A stretch of 57,105 bases of DNA, the filler included, from Porpidia crustulata (lineage: Eukaryota): assembly GCA_964255105.1 (NCBI GenBank). It is 5 parts of 5 records of this genome, joined end to end, with 100 filler letters (N's around TTAATTAATTAA, not from the genome) between each part and the next. Parts side by side here need not be neighbours in the genome. Positions count along the whole stretch, not along the records: positions 34,363 to 45,684 come from CAXUWE010000668.1; positions 45,785 to 57,105 come from CAXUWE010000669.1; 3 more parts are not named here. One strand, given 5' to 3'. A program made the position numbers and the translations under genes. This document shows, in pieces, positions 38,501-49,789 of this stretch; within the stretch, counting starts at the first letter, position 1, and each line of letters begins with the position of its first letter. A model generated the notes under the pieces. It ran no database searches. It had not been told where the DNA came from and worked only from the letters and a program-made list of their open reading frames with translations.

Positions 38501-38869
38501 CTAGATGGCCCGGCTGATGCTGTATTGCAGCAGCCTATCGCGCTCAAAGCTCGATCTGTTATGCATGTGAAAGACGGATTGAGGCAGGTAAGTGCGTTCG
38601 CTATCAGACATCAGCGTGAGACCACAGCGAGTCATTAGTACCAACCGGAGGTCCTCACCTATTTCACCATTGATATAGCCACAAGTGTTATGCCCAACAG
38701 CTTGTCGCTTCTGCAGAAGTGCAGTCGCCGGTGTAGGCATGGGATGCCATCCCAGCCCATTTGCCGGATTATCGAGGAAAACTGTTTGGCGTGCGACCTG
38801 CCCGGGAGCAGCTATCGCCCGCGCCAGAAATAAGTTACCTAGCCATAGCTTCAATGCAAACGACATCAT
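35599..38869 (-). CDS. Type I membrane protein (~1054 aa): signal peptide, Cys-rich ectodomain, Ser/Thr stalk, TM helix, cytoplasmic NLR-like winged-helix + TPR-like region
   Basis: Exons 38869-38659, 38600-38411 and 38362-35599 splice in frame. Signal peptide MMSFALKLWLGNLFLARAIA, KR site, 10 Cys (TCGY...LTC...FTC...GCC...QC...AC...SC...SC...VC), S/T stalk, TM IAGIAVGSVLSVSLLAGLLSFLCI-RR (~38133-38062). TPR-like units CGYYLSRAGVLDQAEQFLRSGL and LADCYVAKGSFNEAELLLRGHL. Confidence 0.8.
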
Positions 38870-39304
38870 GTTGTGTCGATATGTCGAAGCTTCACTAGAG
38901 CGGTCACTGGATTTCGAGACGTCAGGTTGAACATGTGCGTTTTCGTTTGTTCAGCAACTCGTCTGTTATGCATCGTTCCATAATTCCGTCCTTTGTTAGT
39001 ATCCTGAGAAGAGGGACTGGGGAAAGTTCCAATACTCATCCTCTATCTTGCTCTTCGATTTGTGATTCAAAACACACAGTCAAATTGTTAACTCTTGTGA
39101 TCTCAATCAATTACATCTGGCGCCGGGCAAGCTAAGAAGCTAAACAATCATTTCATCCATACGTACTCAGTCTGGTTTTCAATAAGTAGGCAGCCCGAGC
39201 GCTCTTCAGCTTACCCAGTCCCGTCGAAGTGTCCACTCATTGGAAACCAGCCTGGGTAGATGACTAGAGTAGCATTCATTCATTTACGGAACGCGTACAC
39301 TACA

Positions 39305-39401
39305 CACTGGGACTCACCCCTCAATGGGCCACCTTGGTCTGGGGTTAGGGTTTGATTAGTGTTGAAATACTAATTGGCCCGTTGAGGGGTGAGTACGAGT
39401 A
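39305..39401. mobile_element. MITE-like inverted-repeat element A containing GGGTTAGGG
   Basis: ACTCACCCCTCAATGGGCCA (39312-39331) and TGGCCCGTTGAGGGGTGAGT (39375-39394) form a 20-bp inverted repeat with 1 mismatch; right end ...GAGTA. Confidence 0.65.
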
Positions 39402-39406
39402 CACAC

Positions 39407-39536
39407 TACTCGTTCTCACCCAACGGTCCGCCCCACCTAGGGTTAGGGTGATATCATAGGGTTAGGGTTAAATAGACTAATTTTCACTAGCGCGGACCGC
39501 TGGGGGGTGCGGACCGTTGGGGGGTGTGAATGAGTA
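39407..39536. mobile_element. MITE-like element B with TA ends, pogo/Fot1-style TIR and internal TTAGGG units
   Basis: Left end TA-CTCGTTCTCACCCAACGGTCCGC; right end GCGGACCGCTGGGGGGT-GCGGACCGTTGGGGGGTGTGAATGAG-TA (TIR with two internal direct repeats). TAGGGTTAGGG occurs twice inside. Confidence 0.7.
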
Positions 39537-39884
39537 GTATGCAAGTAGCAGATTCTAATCTCTTTCTGGTGCTCGTGTCAGCCATGTCGCTCTGTTCAGA
39601 ACCGCCCAGTGACGCCCAACTCTGCAGTTTTAAGCGAGCCATGTCGATCTAAATGGCCGATGATTATCCCAAAAAAGGATGTTAGCTTGGACGTAGGGAC
39701 GCCTTGGTGGGGTACAGGGGGCCGGCTTTTTCAGCTGCTCCTCCAGATTCTTACGTTCTACATCGTTGCTTTGCTTTGGTTCTGGAGTCGCGGTGCTTTG
39801 AATGGGTGACCCAACTCAAGAAAATCCTTGTTTGGCGTTATTGTAGATCAACATATCCCTGTGTAACTATCCAAGCCAGCTTCA

Positions 39885-42381
39885 ATGGTGGTAAGTCTCG
39901 TCAGTTGGCTCAATTAGCGGCCATGAGCATTGGGAAGCTGATCGCAGCTTGCGTCGTGTAGGGACGCACCGAGATAATTGCTAGCCCAGAGACATCCGAG
40001 GCGACACTTGAGTCAGCTGCCTCGAACCCCCAATTAAGCGATACTATTGTATTGACAGTATCATCTCAGCATTGTCTTCGTCCATGGTCTGAACCCCACG
40101 GGGGACCAGGACCACGCGCGTAAAACATGGACACACAAAGACGGCACTTTCTGGCCAAAAGACCTCCTCCCCGAGCTCTTACCTTCTGCAAGAATTCTTC
40201 TGTTCGAGTACAATTCTAGTGTGCTACATAATGCCTCAACTGCATCAGTCGCGGCTCACGCGCAGTCATTGCTTAATGATGTCAAGAATAAGCGTCTGCA
40301 AGAGAACGAGAAGCATCGTCCTCTAATATTCGTTGCGCACTCTTTGGGCGGCGTACTGGTCAAGCAGGCGCTGATCGAAGCGACGATAAACCGGACATAC
40401 GAGTGTTTGCATGCCTCGACCTATGGCCTCGTCTTCTTTGCGACACCTCACCTGGGTGGCAATAGGGCTGGAGCCGCAGATGTTGCAGCTAAGATAGGCA
40501 GTATGATATCCGGCGAGCCGGTGAACTCACTGCTCGCGACCTTGGAAAAGGGCTCTCTCGTGAATGAGATCTCATCGGATCAGTTCAGTCATCAAGTCAA
40601 CAAATATGTAATTCTTACTTTTTTCGAGACGAAGCCGATGAGCCTGAAAGTCAAGGGGCGCCGATTCCTTCCACAGATCACCAGCATGGTAAGATCCTCA
40701 ACGGGTCATAGATTATTGCTGACTAGGAACAGGAGATTGTGAGCAGGGAATCTGCAAAGCTGAGAGTCGAAAGGGAGACTCCCTTGGAGCTTGACCGCAA
40801 CCACTCGGACATATGCAAATTCGCTCGGTCTGGTGACAATGCATACGTGAGAGTAGGAGATAACCTCAGGGTTCTGGCAGGCGAAGCTCAGAATTATCAA
40901 GTTGAATGTAGTCATGCTCCACCGAGAATTTGTACGTGGTATTCACGTCTCTTCATCGTCAAGACTTCCCACTACCAGAATGGCTAATCTCTAAGGCCAT
41001 AGCAGAATTCGGTAATTTCCGATCGAATTATTTCTCAAACAACATTCCTGGAGCGATACCTACACATCTGGGTATTCGCGAGCGAGAGCATCGCATTAAC
41101 CTTCCGAAGCAATGCGATCCCTTTATTGGCCGGAACTCGTTAGTGGGTCACATAGATGAAGCTTGGAGGACTTGGGACGGCCCAAGACAGCGTCGACTGT
41201 GCTTGTCAGGTCTTGGTGGTGTAGGTAAGACAGAGCTGAGTCGGTTCATTGTGGATAGGCTTGGGCCAAGACGTCACATCCTGTGGTTGCGGGCTACTGA
41301 CTACATGACGCTGCAACGGGATATGTACGATGCTGCCATCGATTTGAGAAATGAACTTGTGCGGTTTGATTCACCGAACGCTAGCACTAGCAAATTAGAG
41401 GAACACCAAGCCTTTTACTTCTCCGCTCCAAATTCCGAGTTTCTCATGAAGAGTCTAGAAATATGGTTAAAGACGCCTCGAGATGAGGACTCTCGGATCC
41501 TGCTAGTATTGGACGACCTTGACGGGCTCGAAGCTGAAGAACGCCAGAAATTTTCTCACAGCCTCACTGGAGACTCCATCGATCTTATCTTCACTACCCG
41601 AGACCCTCTCATAGCTGAACTTGGTATGTCTTGGGACGCCGCCCAAATACACGTTCCCCCGTTGCAGGTCGATGATGCCATTGACTTGCTTCTGTTCCAC
41701 ATGAAGCGGAACCGCGCCGCAAAGACCCCAATCTTTAAGCATCCGTTAGACAGACAACGTGGGGAAGAGTTGGTGACATGCTTAGGGCCTTTGCCTTTCG
41801 CCATTATCAACAGTTCCCATTACCTTAAAGATCAACTAGCAGCAAATACGGATGATCTCGGCCTCGATCAGTTCCTTGTCCAATGGAGTCTCGATGAAAG
41901 TCGGAGCGCAGTACTTAGCAGCCGCCGGACAGATATCAACTACCAATACACCATGAAGGAGTCTTTCGCGGTTTCCATCTCGCGGCTCCGGAGAAATACC
42001 AGGAATAGTGATACCGCGGAACTATATAATCTATGTCTCTGTATGATACGTCTGCTCAGTGTGATGGGTATCTCGGAAATTCATCGAACACACATCCACA
42101 GATTTTTCTCCAAGCATTTACGTGCACGGGCACATCCACCGACACTTTTCATAGACAAACCTATGGAGAAACCTGATATCTACCTCTGGAGACTTGCAAA
42201 TGATTCCAGTTTAATCAACTCGTGTCTGGTGGAACTGAAACGGGTTTCTCTATTATCAGAACCTGGCGAGGATAGTATCGTGGTTCTTAACGCGCTGGTA
42301 AGGGATTTGGTATTACTTCTCCCAGCGAACATCAGCTTTGAAGAAAAGGCCGCCTTGCAAAGGGTGGTAGACATGCTGTAG
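39885..42381 (+). CDS. Fungal NLR-like protein (~750 aa): SesB-like alpha/beta-hydrolase + NB-ARC, no C-terminal repeat domain
   Basis: Exons 39885-39890, 39962-40011, 40070-40688, 40733-40931 and 41003-42381 (the first two are less certain). Hydrolase motifs DIVFVHGL, FWPKDLLP, RPLIFVAHSLGGVLVKQAL, FFATPHLG, NHSDICKF. NB-ARC motifs FIGR, Walker A GLGGVGKT, Walker B LLVLDDLD, IFTTRD, LGPLPFAI. WHD end LKRVSLL...LNALVRD, then stop. Confidence 0.88.
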
Positions 42382-43119
42382 TTTGTCGCCATCTTGGAAT
42401 GTTCCGCAAACCCCCCGAAGCCGTTCGATCGGATTCACGGCTGGCCTGGAGCCATCATGGAGTACAGAAACGATGGGTCTAGATATCAATGTCTTGTGAG
42501 GTGATCTCCGAAAGCTGCGCGGAAGATTTTACGAAATTTGTGTTCAACCAAAGTCGATCAAGATTATATACCACACGTCGCCCGAACAAGCAACTGTTCC
42601 AGGGAATCATCAACATCATTACTCAGCTTCGCCCGACCGATCGAATCCTCGTTACCATTCTTGACGCCTCCACAGTATTCAAATTATGCCCAAGCATGCT
42701 GGTCGTCGCTCCTTTAGACGAGACGTGAAGGTATTCGGTTGGAATTGGCCCTTTTCGTTAGCAGTAACGAGCGAGAGAACCGGAGTGGCCGCTTTACCGA
42801 GCAGGAGGCGCAAGTCTGGAGCGGGAGAGAGCAGGGGGAGCAGCGCGGAAAGAACGCCGCGATCGCTTAGCCGGGCTGAGAAGGTGTTAGTATAGTGGTA
42901 TAGAGTGGTATAGTATGGTGCTAAGATTGGGCGAAACCGAGGGAGTCCAGATAGGCGCAAAACAACGATGCGGGGTTGCAACGATATATAAGGTAGATGT
43001 GTGAATACCTATGTAGATATATATCAGGAGTATGGAACTGTGTTTAATCATCTACATGGCGAAGAATAAACAGACAAAGCACCACGGACGTCCCTCTGCA
43101 AATTAATCGCACCCAAATC

Positions 43120-44915
43120 ATGGTCGTCAAATCACCGTATCATCTATCCATCCCCTCCACTGACATCCTCACCTACCTTTTCAACTCCGGGTCTCCTTCC
43201 GATGAACCAGTATGGATTGACGCCGTTGAACCATCGAAGTTCCTGACGCCTTGTACGCTGCTGCAATGGGTCAAGAGGCTTGCGGTGGGACTGGATACGC
43301 TGGGTTTGAAGCCGGGGGACGTGGTGTTGATCTTCTCGCCCAATCATATCTTCGTGCCAGTGGCGTACCTGGGGATTGTCGGATCGGGAAGGGTCTTCAG
43401 TGGTGCCAACCCTGGATATGGCGTGGAAGGTAGGTTTTCTGAGAGGGCGCGATGTGAGCATTCGCCAGTGGCCTTCCTAATTTTTGTCAATCTAGAGCTG
43501 GCTTATCAGATTCGAGATTTATCACCTCGCGTGCTTCTTGTTCATCCGGGTTTGCTCAAGACTGCACGATCCGCTGCGAGAGTCGCTGGTTTGCCGCAGG
43601 AGTATCTCTATGTCTTTAATGATGAGGAGACTGTGCCAGTGGATGGGGTCAAGGACTGGCGCTCCTTTATTGGCTCCGAGCAAGAAGCCGAACTGTATCA
43701 GTGGACGAAGCTCGGTGCGGGATCATCAGAATCGACGCCAGCGACTGTAAACTTCTCCAGTGGTACCACTGGGTTGCCGAAAGGCGTAATGATTACCCAT
43801 CAGAACCTGATTGCCAATGTTGAACAGTCAATTTTTATGAGAGATGTCGGTAAAGATGAAGCAAATGATCCCCCACAGCGTTGGATAGGATTGCTACCAT
43901 TATATCATGCATACGGCCAGCTGTATACCATCTTGATGGCTGCAAAGCTGTCCATTCCGGTCTTTATCATGAAAGGTTTTGTTTTCGAAGAATTCCTACG
44001 CGTTATTCAAACGCATCAAATCACGCATTTACACTTGGTACCTCCGATACTGATTATGCTCAGCAAACGACCCGAAACTGCCAAGTACGATCTCAGCAGT
44101 GTCGTCAGCCTTGGCTCTGGGGCTGCACCAATGTCATCGGACTTGCAGGATGACTGTGCCAAGCGTTTTAAAACGACAGTTGGCCAAGGCTGGGGAATGA
44201 CTGAAATCACATGTGCAGGTATGACGCCTCCAGGTGTCCCTGAAGACTCCAACGGGAGTGTGGGTATGCTTCTACCAAATTGCGAGGCTAAGATACTTGA
44301 CGAGAAGGGCCAGGAAGTGGGACCGAACGAGAGTGGTGAGCTGTACTTTCGAGGACCCAATGTCAGCCCAGGTTACTGGATGAATGAGGAGGCAACCAAG
44401 AAGTCGATGCTACCAGGAGGTTGGCTCAGGACCGGCGATGTGGCTGTGCATGACGAGGGAGGATGGTTCTGGATTGTGGATCGATTGAAGGTAAGAGTGT
44501 GAACAATTTGACTGGAACCGATTCGAGTTGGAGTAGTAGATCCGCTAACATTGGTCTCCGGCAGGAACTCATCAAAGTCAACGGACTTCAGGTAGCTCCG
44601 GCAGAATTGGAGGCTTTGCTGCTTCAGCACGACCAAATCGCTGACGTCGCAGTGGCGGGCATCATGATCGACGGCCAAGAGTGGCCGCGAGCTTATGTAG
44701 TGCTGCAAAACACAGCAACAGCTCAGACCAGCTCTGAAAATATTCAAAAATGGGTGGAGACTCGCGCCGCGAAGCACAAGTGGCTACAGGGAGGTGTTGC
44801 TTTCATCGAAGTAGTACCGAAACTCGCAAGTGGGAAAATTCAAAGGAAGATTCTGCGACAATGGACCGAGAACGATGCGAAAAACTTGAGTATTAAAACC
44901 AAGGCTCGATTATGA
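43120..44915 (+). CDS. 4-coumarate-CoA ligase-like acyl-CoA synthetase, peroxisomal (PTS1 -ARL)
   Basis: Exons 43120-43429, 43496-44490 and 44565-44915. Motifs FSSGTTGLPKGV, QGWGMTE, WLRTGD, DRLK|ELIKVNGLQVAPAELE, PKLASGKI; ends KTKARL*. Confidence 0.93.
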
Positions 44916-45684
44916 TACGCTATGATTTCAGCCTTGGACTTTGGTGAAATGTACGATATAAGCATTAAGGGCGGAAAAATGGGGTAAGCCTGGTATTTCA
45001 AAGGCCTTTACTTCACCCTAAGCTCTTGACGCAGCAGCCTTCAATGAGGATACAGCTATTCATTATGCCGGCCATACCATCAAGGTTTGTCTGGCCATAC
45101 CAAATCGTACCTCCCACCAGGAGCACCGGATCAACAATGCTTACGCGTGCTCTATCCGATAAGGTCCTTGTGGCGTAAGTGCAGTTGACAGAAGCATCCA
45201 CTCGCCGTATATCGTTGCAAGTCGAATTGCAACTACAGGAACTGGACGGAGTTCGCGTGGCATACATGGTAGTGGAATTTCTTTATAGGGGCTTTGTAAA
45301 GACGGTGGAGGTATTTAGGCCCTCGCAGTTAACATGCAACTCAGGCAATTTAGTGACTTAGGTGGCGGTTTGATGACCACCCGGGTGCTTTAAGCATGCT
45401 GTCTAAGTCATCGGAATGATGGCTCGGTACTGCTTGACATCCTCATGTGCAGATTCGACGAGTTTGACCCCTGTAAGCGAGGATTTAGCGCGGGTCTGGG
45501 TGTCTGGTTTGACAGCGGGCCGAGGCTCCGTCAATTTTGCTCCAAAGCCTTGCGGACTCAGAGTCTGGACTCTACGGGGTACCGCTACAAATACTCCGTA
45601 TTCCAGCGGGTCTGATAGATCCCTGTCAACCATCCGTGATCGCAAAAGTGGTGATGCATTGACTTCGATCGCCTACCTTGGCTG

Positions 45685-45784
45685 NNNNNNNNNNNNNNNN
45701 NNNNNNNNNNNNNNNNNNNNNNNNNNNNTTAATTAATTAANNNNNNNNNNNNNNNNNNNNNNNNNNNNNNNNNNNNNNNNNNNN
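45685..45784. other. Artificial contig spacer
   Basis: N44-TTAATTAATTAA-N44. Confidence 0.98.
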
Positions 45785-47728
45785 TGGCGGACGAGGGAGT
45801 CGCGGGGGGTTTGGGGGCTGAGAAGGGCGGCGGCGTCGATGTCGATGCGGGTCCATTTTTTGGCGGGTTTGGAGTGGGTTATTATTGTTGTTGTGAGGGG
45901 GGATTTGTCGGCGGTTTGGCTTGAGAAGGTGGGGGTTTTGAGATATTCGAATTTGGTGTATTTTGGGGTTATGCTGCGGATAAGTTCGAAGCGGATCTCT
46001 AGCTGGGCGAAAATCATGTCGAGGGTGGATCTCTGATCGAGTACATGTTAGCATCCATATTGTTCGGAGCGGCTGAGGCAGTTACTTTAATGTCCCATTC
46101 TTTGGAATCGTCCAGCAGGTGACGTTCGATAATATCTCCAGGCTTGGAATGCTTATAGAGTTCAATCAACTCTCCTAATAATCCTTTGACGCTCCTTAAA
46201 CTCGGAACGTCGCCGGAAGACCATTGTTCCATTATGGCAATGTCTTCAGGGCATAGATATACTATACAGGTACTGTCTAAATCGTCACGGCCGGCACGAC
46301 CAATCTCTTGACTATAACCTTCCAAACTCTTCGGTATGGCGTAATGAACAATATTTCTTATGTCTGCCTTGTCAATTCCCATGCCAAAGGCTATAGTAGC
46401 AACGATCTATGAATATATGAGATGATGACGCATTCTCGAGGCTCAGGATGAAAGGGACACATACTATAACCTCCTTTTCCACCATGAACTTATCTTGAAC
46501 GGATGTCCGTGTGTCATTAGACATTCCCGCGTGGTAGCCATAAGCTTTGAATCCTTCTTTTTGCAGCGCCGTACTGACGCTATCTGTTTGCTGATTTCGT
46601 TGTTAGTCGAAATTAATTGATCCATATAAGTAACCTACATCATGCGTTTGTACATAGACGATAGAAGAACCTTTGTGTTGACGTAGAAATTTGATCAACT
46701 CGGGTAGCTTTTCGTCAGCGGTACGAAAAGACTGAGCCAGTAGACGAAGGCTTTGCTTGAATAAGTATGGATGTTCCGAATTCTTCCTAGAGCAGAATAG
46801 AAGTGTCTTACTTTGATCGATACGTGGTAGTCCGGAACAAGCCATCGGTACCAATTTCGAAAGCTTTGCATATATCACTCGCGACAATAGGACTTGCCTG
46901 CATGGAGTTAATACTTCAAATCATGGCAAACGAATAGGAGGATCAACCGTTGCGGTCAAGCAAAGAACACGCTCTGCGTTGCTCTCCTTTACAAATCTTG
47001 CGACTGGATATCGTTGTCAGAATAGCCCTTAGATGGAGAATTGATCACAAAATAGTACTCTTGAGGTAGTCGGGTCGGAAAGCTTGGCCCCATTCGGAAA
47101 TGCAGTGAGCTTCGTCGATGGCGACCATCCGAATTTTGACCGCTTTGATCATCTCGACGAAGCCTTCGTTGTTGAGGCGTTCAGGAGCAACATACAGCAG
47201 CTTCAATTGACCCCTTCTTAGCTTCTCACATGTGTCCAACCATGCTTCACGTGTCTGGCTGGAGTCCATCGCAGCCGCTGCGACTCCTTTTCTCTTCAAA
47301 GCATCTACTTGGTCTTTCATCAGAGCAATGAGAGGGCTAATAATAAGAGTAACCCCTTCGCCTCTTGCTTTCCCGCAAAGTTCATCGTGATCGTCGAATG
47401 CCAGCGCTGGAACTTGATAAACCAGACTTTTCCCACCTCCAGTGGGGAACACAACAGCAGCATTACCGCCAGTGATTAAGCGTGCTATGGCAATTTCTTG
47501 CTTGAGCTTGAATGCTGGGAAACCCCAAGTTTTCTTCAGGATAGATCTGGCCAACTGGACCACAGGATCATCACTCCTCAATTTAGTTCTCTTGGGCTCA
47601 TTTGACTTCTCTGCTGTATAAGGGTTCTTCCGCTTCAGATCATTTGTCTTTTCCGCATTTTCAGCTAAGAGGGCTAATTCTTCATCGTCAATTTCACCGA
47701 ACTCATCATCGCTATCGCTGACTGCCAT
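45785..47728 (-). CDS. RecQ-family DNA helicase with short N-terminus (RecQ2-like rather than Sgs1), 3' truncated
   Basis: Multi-exon gene from [10 protein letters not shown]. Motifs [78 protein letters not shown]. Confidence 0.92.
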
Positions 47729-48343
47729 TATCTTCAATCAACTCCAATCGTTCGTACATGAATCAGTCTAGGTGCAATCGGCTCGCTACAAAGCGCGGCG
47801 ATTTTTGTTAGAGTGACGTTCGTGACAGATGAAGTCGCAGAGGTTGCTGGGATTTGCGATACTGAAATATTCCGCGGTAGCAGGTGTAAGTGGCGAATGT
47901 ATGGTCTATCACAAAATGCAGTCTAGATGAAAGTATTATGCTTGTTTCACATGATTCTATGGAATAAGTCATTGCTTGGATGTTTATTTGCCTGTTCAAC
48001 TACCCAGGGAAGTACTTTTTCTGGAGACAGGCTATACCCTTCCACCAGTGTGTACATGACCAAAGCCATCCCCATGAAGGCAGTTATTGCCGTCTCGAGC
48101 ATCGTTACGTAGTATTACGCATGAAAAAACCTGAGGCAATGTTTCAACTGCCATGATCAATTACGCGCGCTCAAGTCAAGACCTGACTACATGGGTGATA
48201 AAGTACAATGTAAATTAAATAGCTTCGCCCCTCTCGAAACCCATGCTAGGATCCACCTTCACACATCCATCTCAGAAGTAAAGCTTCGAATATCAGAGGC
48301 GACATACCTTCTATAGGTGTTGGAATTCTTGCAAATTCCACCT

Positions 48344-48981
48344 TTACAGAAGTGCCGCCATTCCCAACGCTCCGGCAGCGACAGCCATAAAAGTGCCTGG
48401 ATGTTGAGCAACGGCATCATTGCTAGCCTTGGCGGATGCAGAGCTGGAAGTTGAGGAGGACGATGAGCTCGACGGTTGAGACGAAGTAGCCGTTGTACCA
48501 GATCCACCCGAGGAGCTGGCCGACGATGGAGAACCTGCCGGTGCGATGATACTAGCAGCTCCAGCGTAGTACGAAGAGGCTGCGCCCTGCGCTGACGAGG
48601 GTAGCCCAGTTATGTAGGCGGGTAGAGGAGCGTTGGTTGCGGTGGCGGCGTTGGCGAGGAAACTTTGCTCTTGCGAGATGATAGCGCCATCGGTGGCACT
48701 GACAGCACTAGCAGCCGCGACGAAGGCGGAGTTCGTTTGAGCACTTGCAAGATATGCAGTCAAGGAGTCCAGCTACAGCCTGTCAGAACGAGAGATGCAA
48801 GAATGTTGCGCAATATTTAACGTCTCCTAGAACATACCTTTTGAGGCGATACGTTGGTAAGCGCACTCACGTAACCGTCAATGATGCTAACGATGGATGA
48901 GGAAGCAACATCTCCGCTGCTTTGCGCAGAAACGATTGAAGCAACGGAAAGGGCAGACACGAGGAGAGATTTGGGCTGCAT
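48344..48981 (-). CDS. Ser/Ala-rich secreted, probably GPI-anchored cell-wall protein (~190 aa)
   Basis: Exons 48981-48838 and 48772-48344. Signal peptide MQPKSLLVSALSVASIVSA, poly-Ser stalk, omega-like SNDA and hydrophobic tail FMAVAAGALGMAALL*. Confidence 0.85.
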
Positions 48982-49789
48982 TGCAACGTATGAGCAATGT
49001 AATTGCAAACTGTGTATGATCGGATAATGTGGTCAAAAGATGAAACGACTGAGTGTGATAGTGGGCGTTCGGAAGAGTGCAGGACAGCAAAGCTTATGAG
49101 CTTTTGTCCAAAGACTAAAAACTCTTTAGCGCTTGAAGATTACTTTTCAGCTCTGCAAATTGATGGTAATGAAGAAAGGCCTGACCAGCATGCGCCTCAC
49201 TGACTTGGCCAATGAGAGCTCTCATAGTCTGACTCGAGAATGTTGGAGGAGCGATGCCGAGCGCACGAGAATTTGAGAAGCTGTATCTATCCGCAAACAT
49301 GGAAGGCCTGAAACCTTGAAGGAATGAAAAAGATAGGACGAAAGAGCCCTTTCGGCAGGATCATATTATTGATGGCCAGCTGGTAGGACGCCTTGAAACG
49401 CCCCCATGGGAGGAGCGGTAGGAACCATACCCTCGCCGGGACGAGGGCTATTCCTACACGTCCTGCTACTGCTGGATGCCTTCAGAAGTTAATACTTGGA
49501 GATCGCGGTATCCTCCCTGGGAGCATCAGGATCAATCAACACTGTAGCTGTTAAGCGTACGCAGACAGAGACAGTAAGGTAATTTTGATAAACAGGCAAG
49601 ACAGGGCACAGTGGGTAGGCACTAGGGAAGCGACACAGCCTTGAGACGGTACCTTAGACTTAATCGAGCGTTAGCGTCAGCCTTGTACGTCGGATGCACG
49701 CGGCGCTTTCCCGCGCTTTGTCCACTGGGCTTTGCGGGGTGAGTTCAGCAAGCTTCAATCCTTCTATCTACTGGCCTCGGGTGCCTCAA

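Noticed and set aside
39609..39809. 66-aa ORF with a hydrophobic stretch just upstream of the NLR gene, as a possible extra TM exon
   Set aside because: I found no splice path joining it in frame to the NLR: an in-frame TAA precedes ATG 39885. It remains at most a uORF.
41003..41060. N-rich linker GNFRSNYFSNN between SesB and NB-ARC as a possible amyloid signalling motif
   Set aside because: Too short, internal, and not matching HET-s, sigma or PP motif patterns. No counterpart in the neighbouring gene.
42679..42981. 100-aa minus ORF downstream of the NLR as a possible detached sensor domain
   Set aside because: No TPR, ANK or WD40 pattern, wrong strand and a non-ATG start.
22510..44915. 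Secondary-metabolite cluster made from CPR and the 4CL-like ligase (or with the SDR or thioesterase)
   Set aside because: These genes are on different contigs, and no PKS, NRPS or terpene backbone gene is present.
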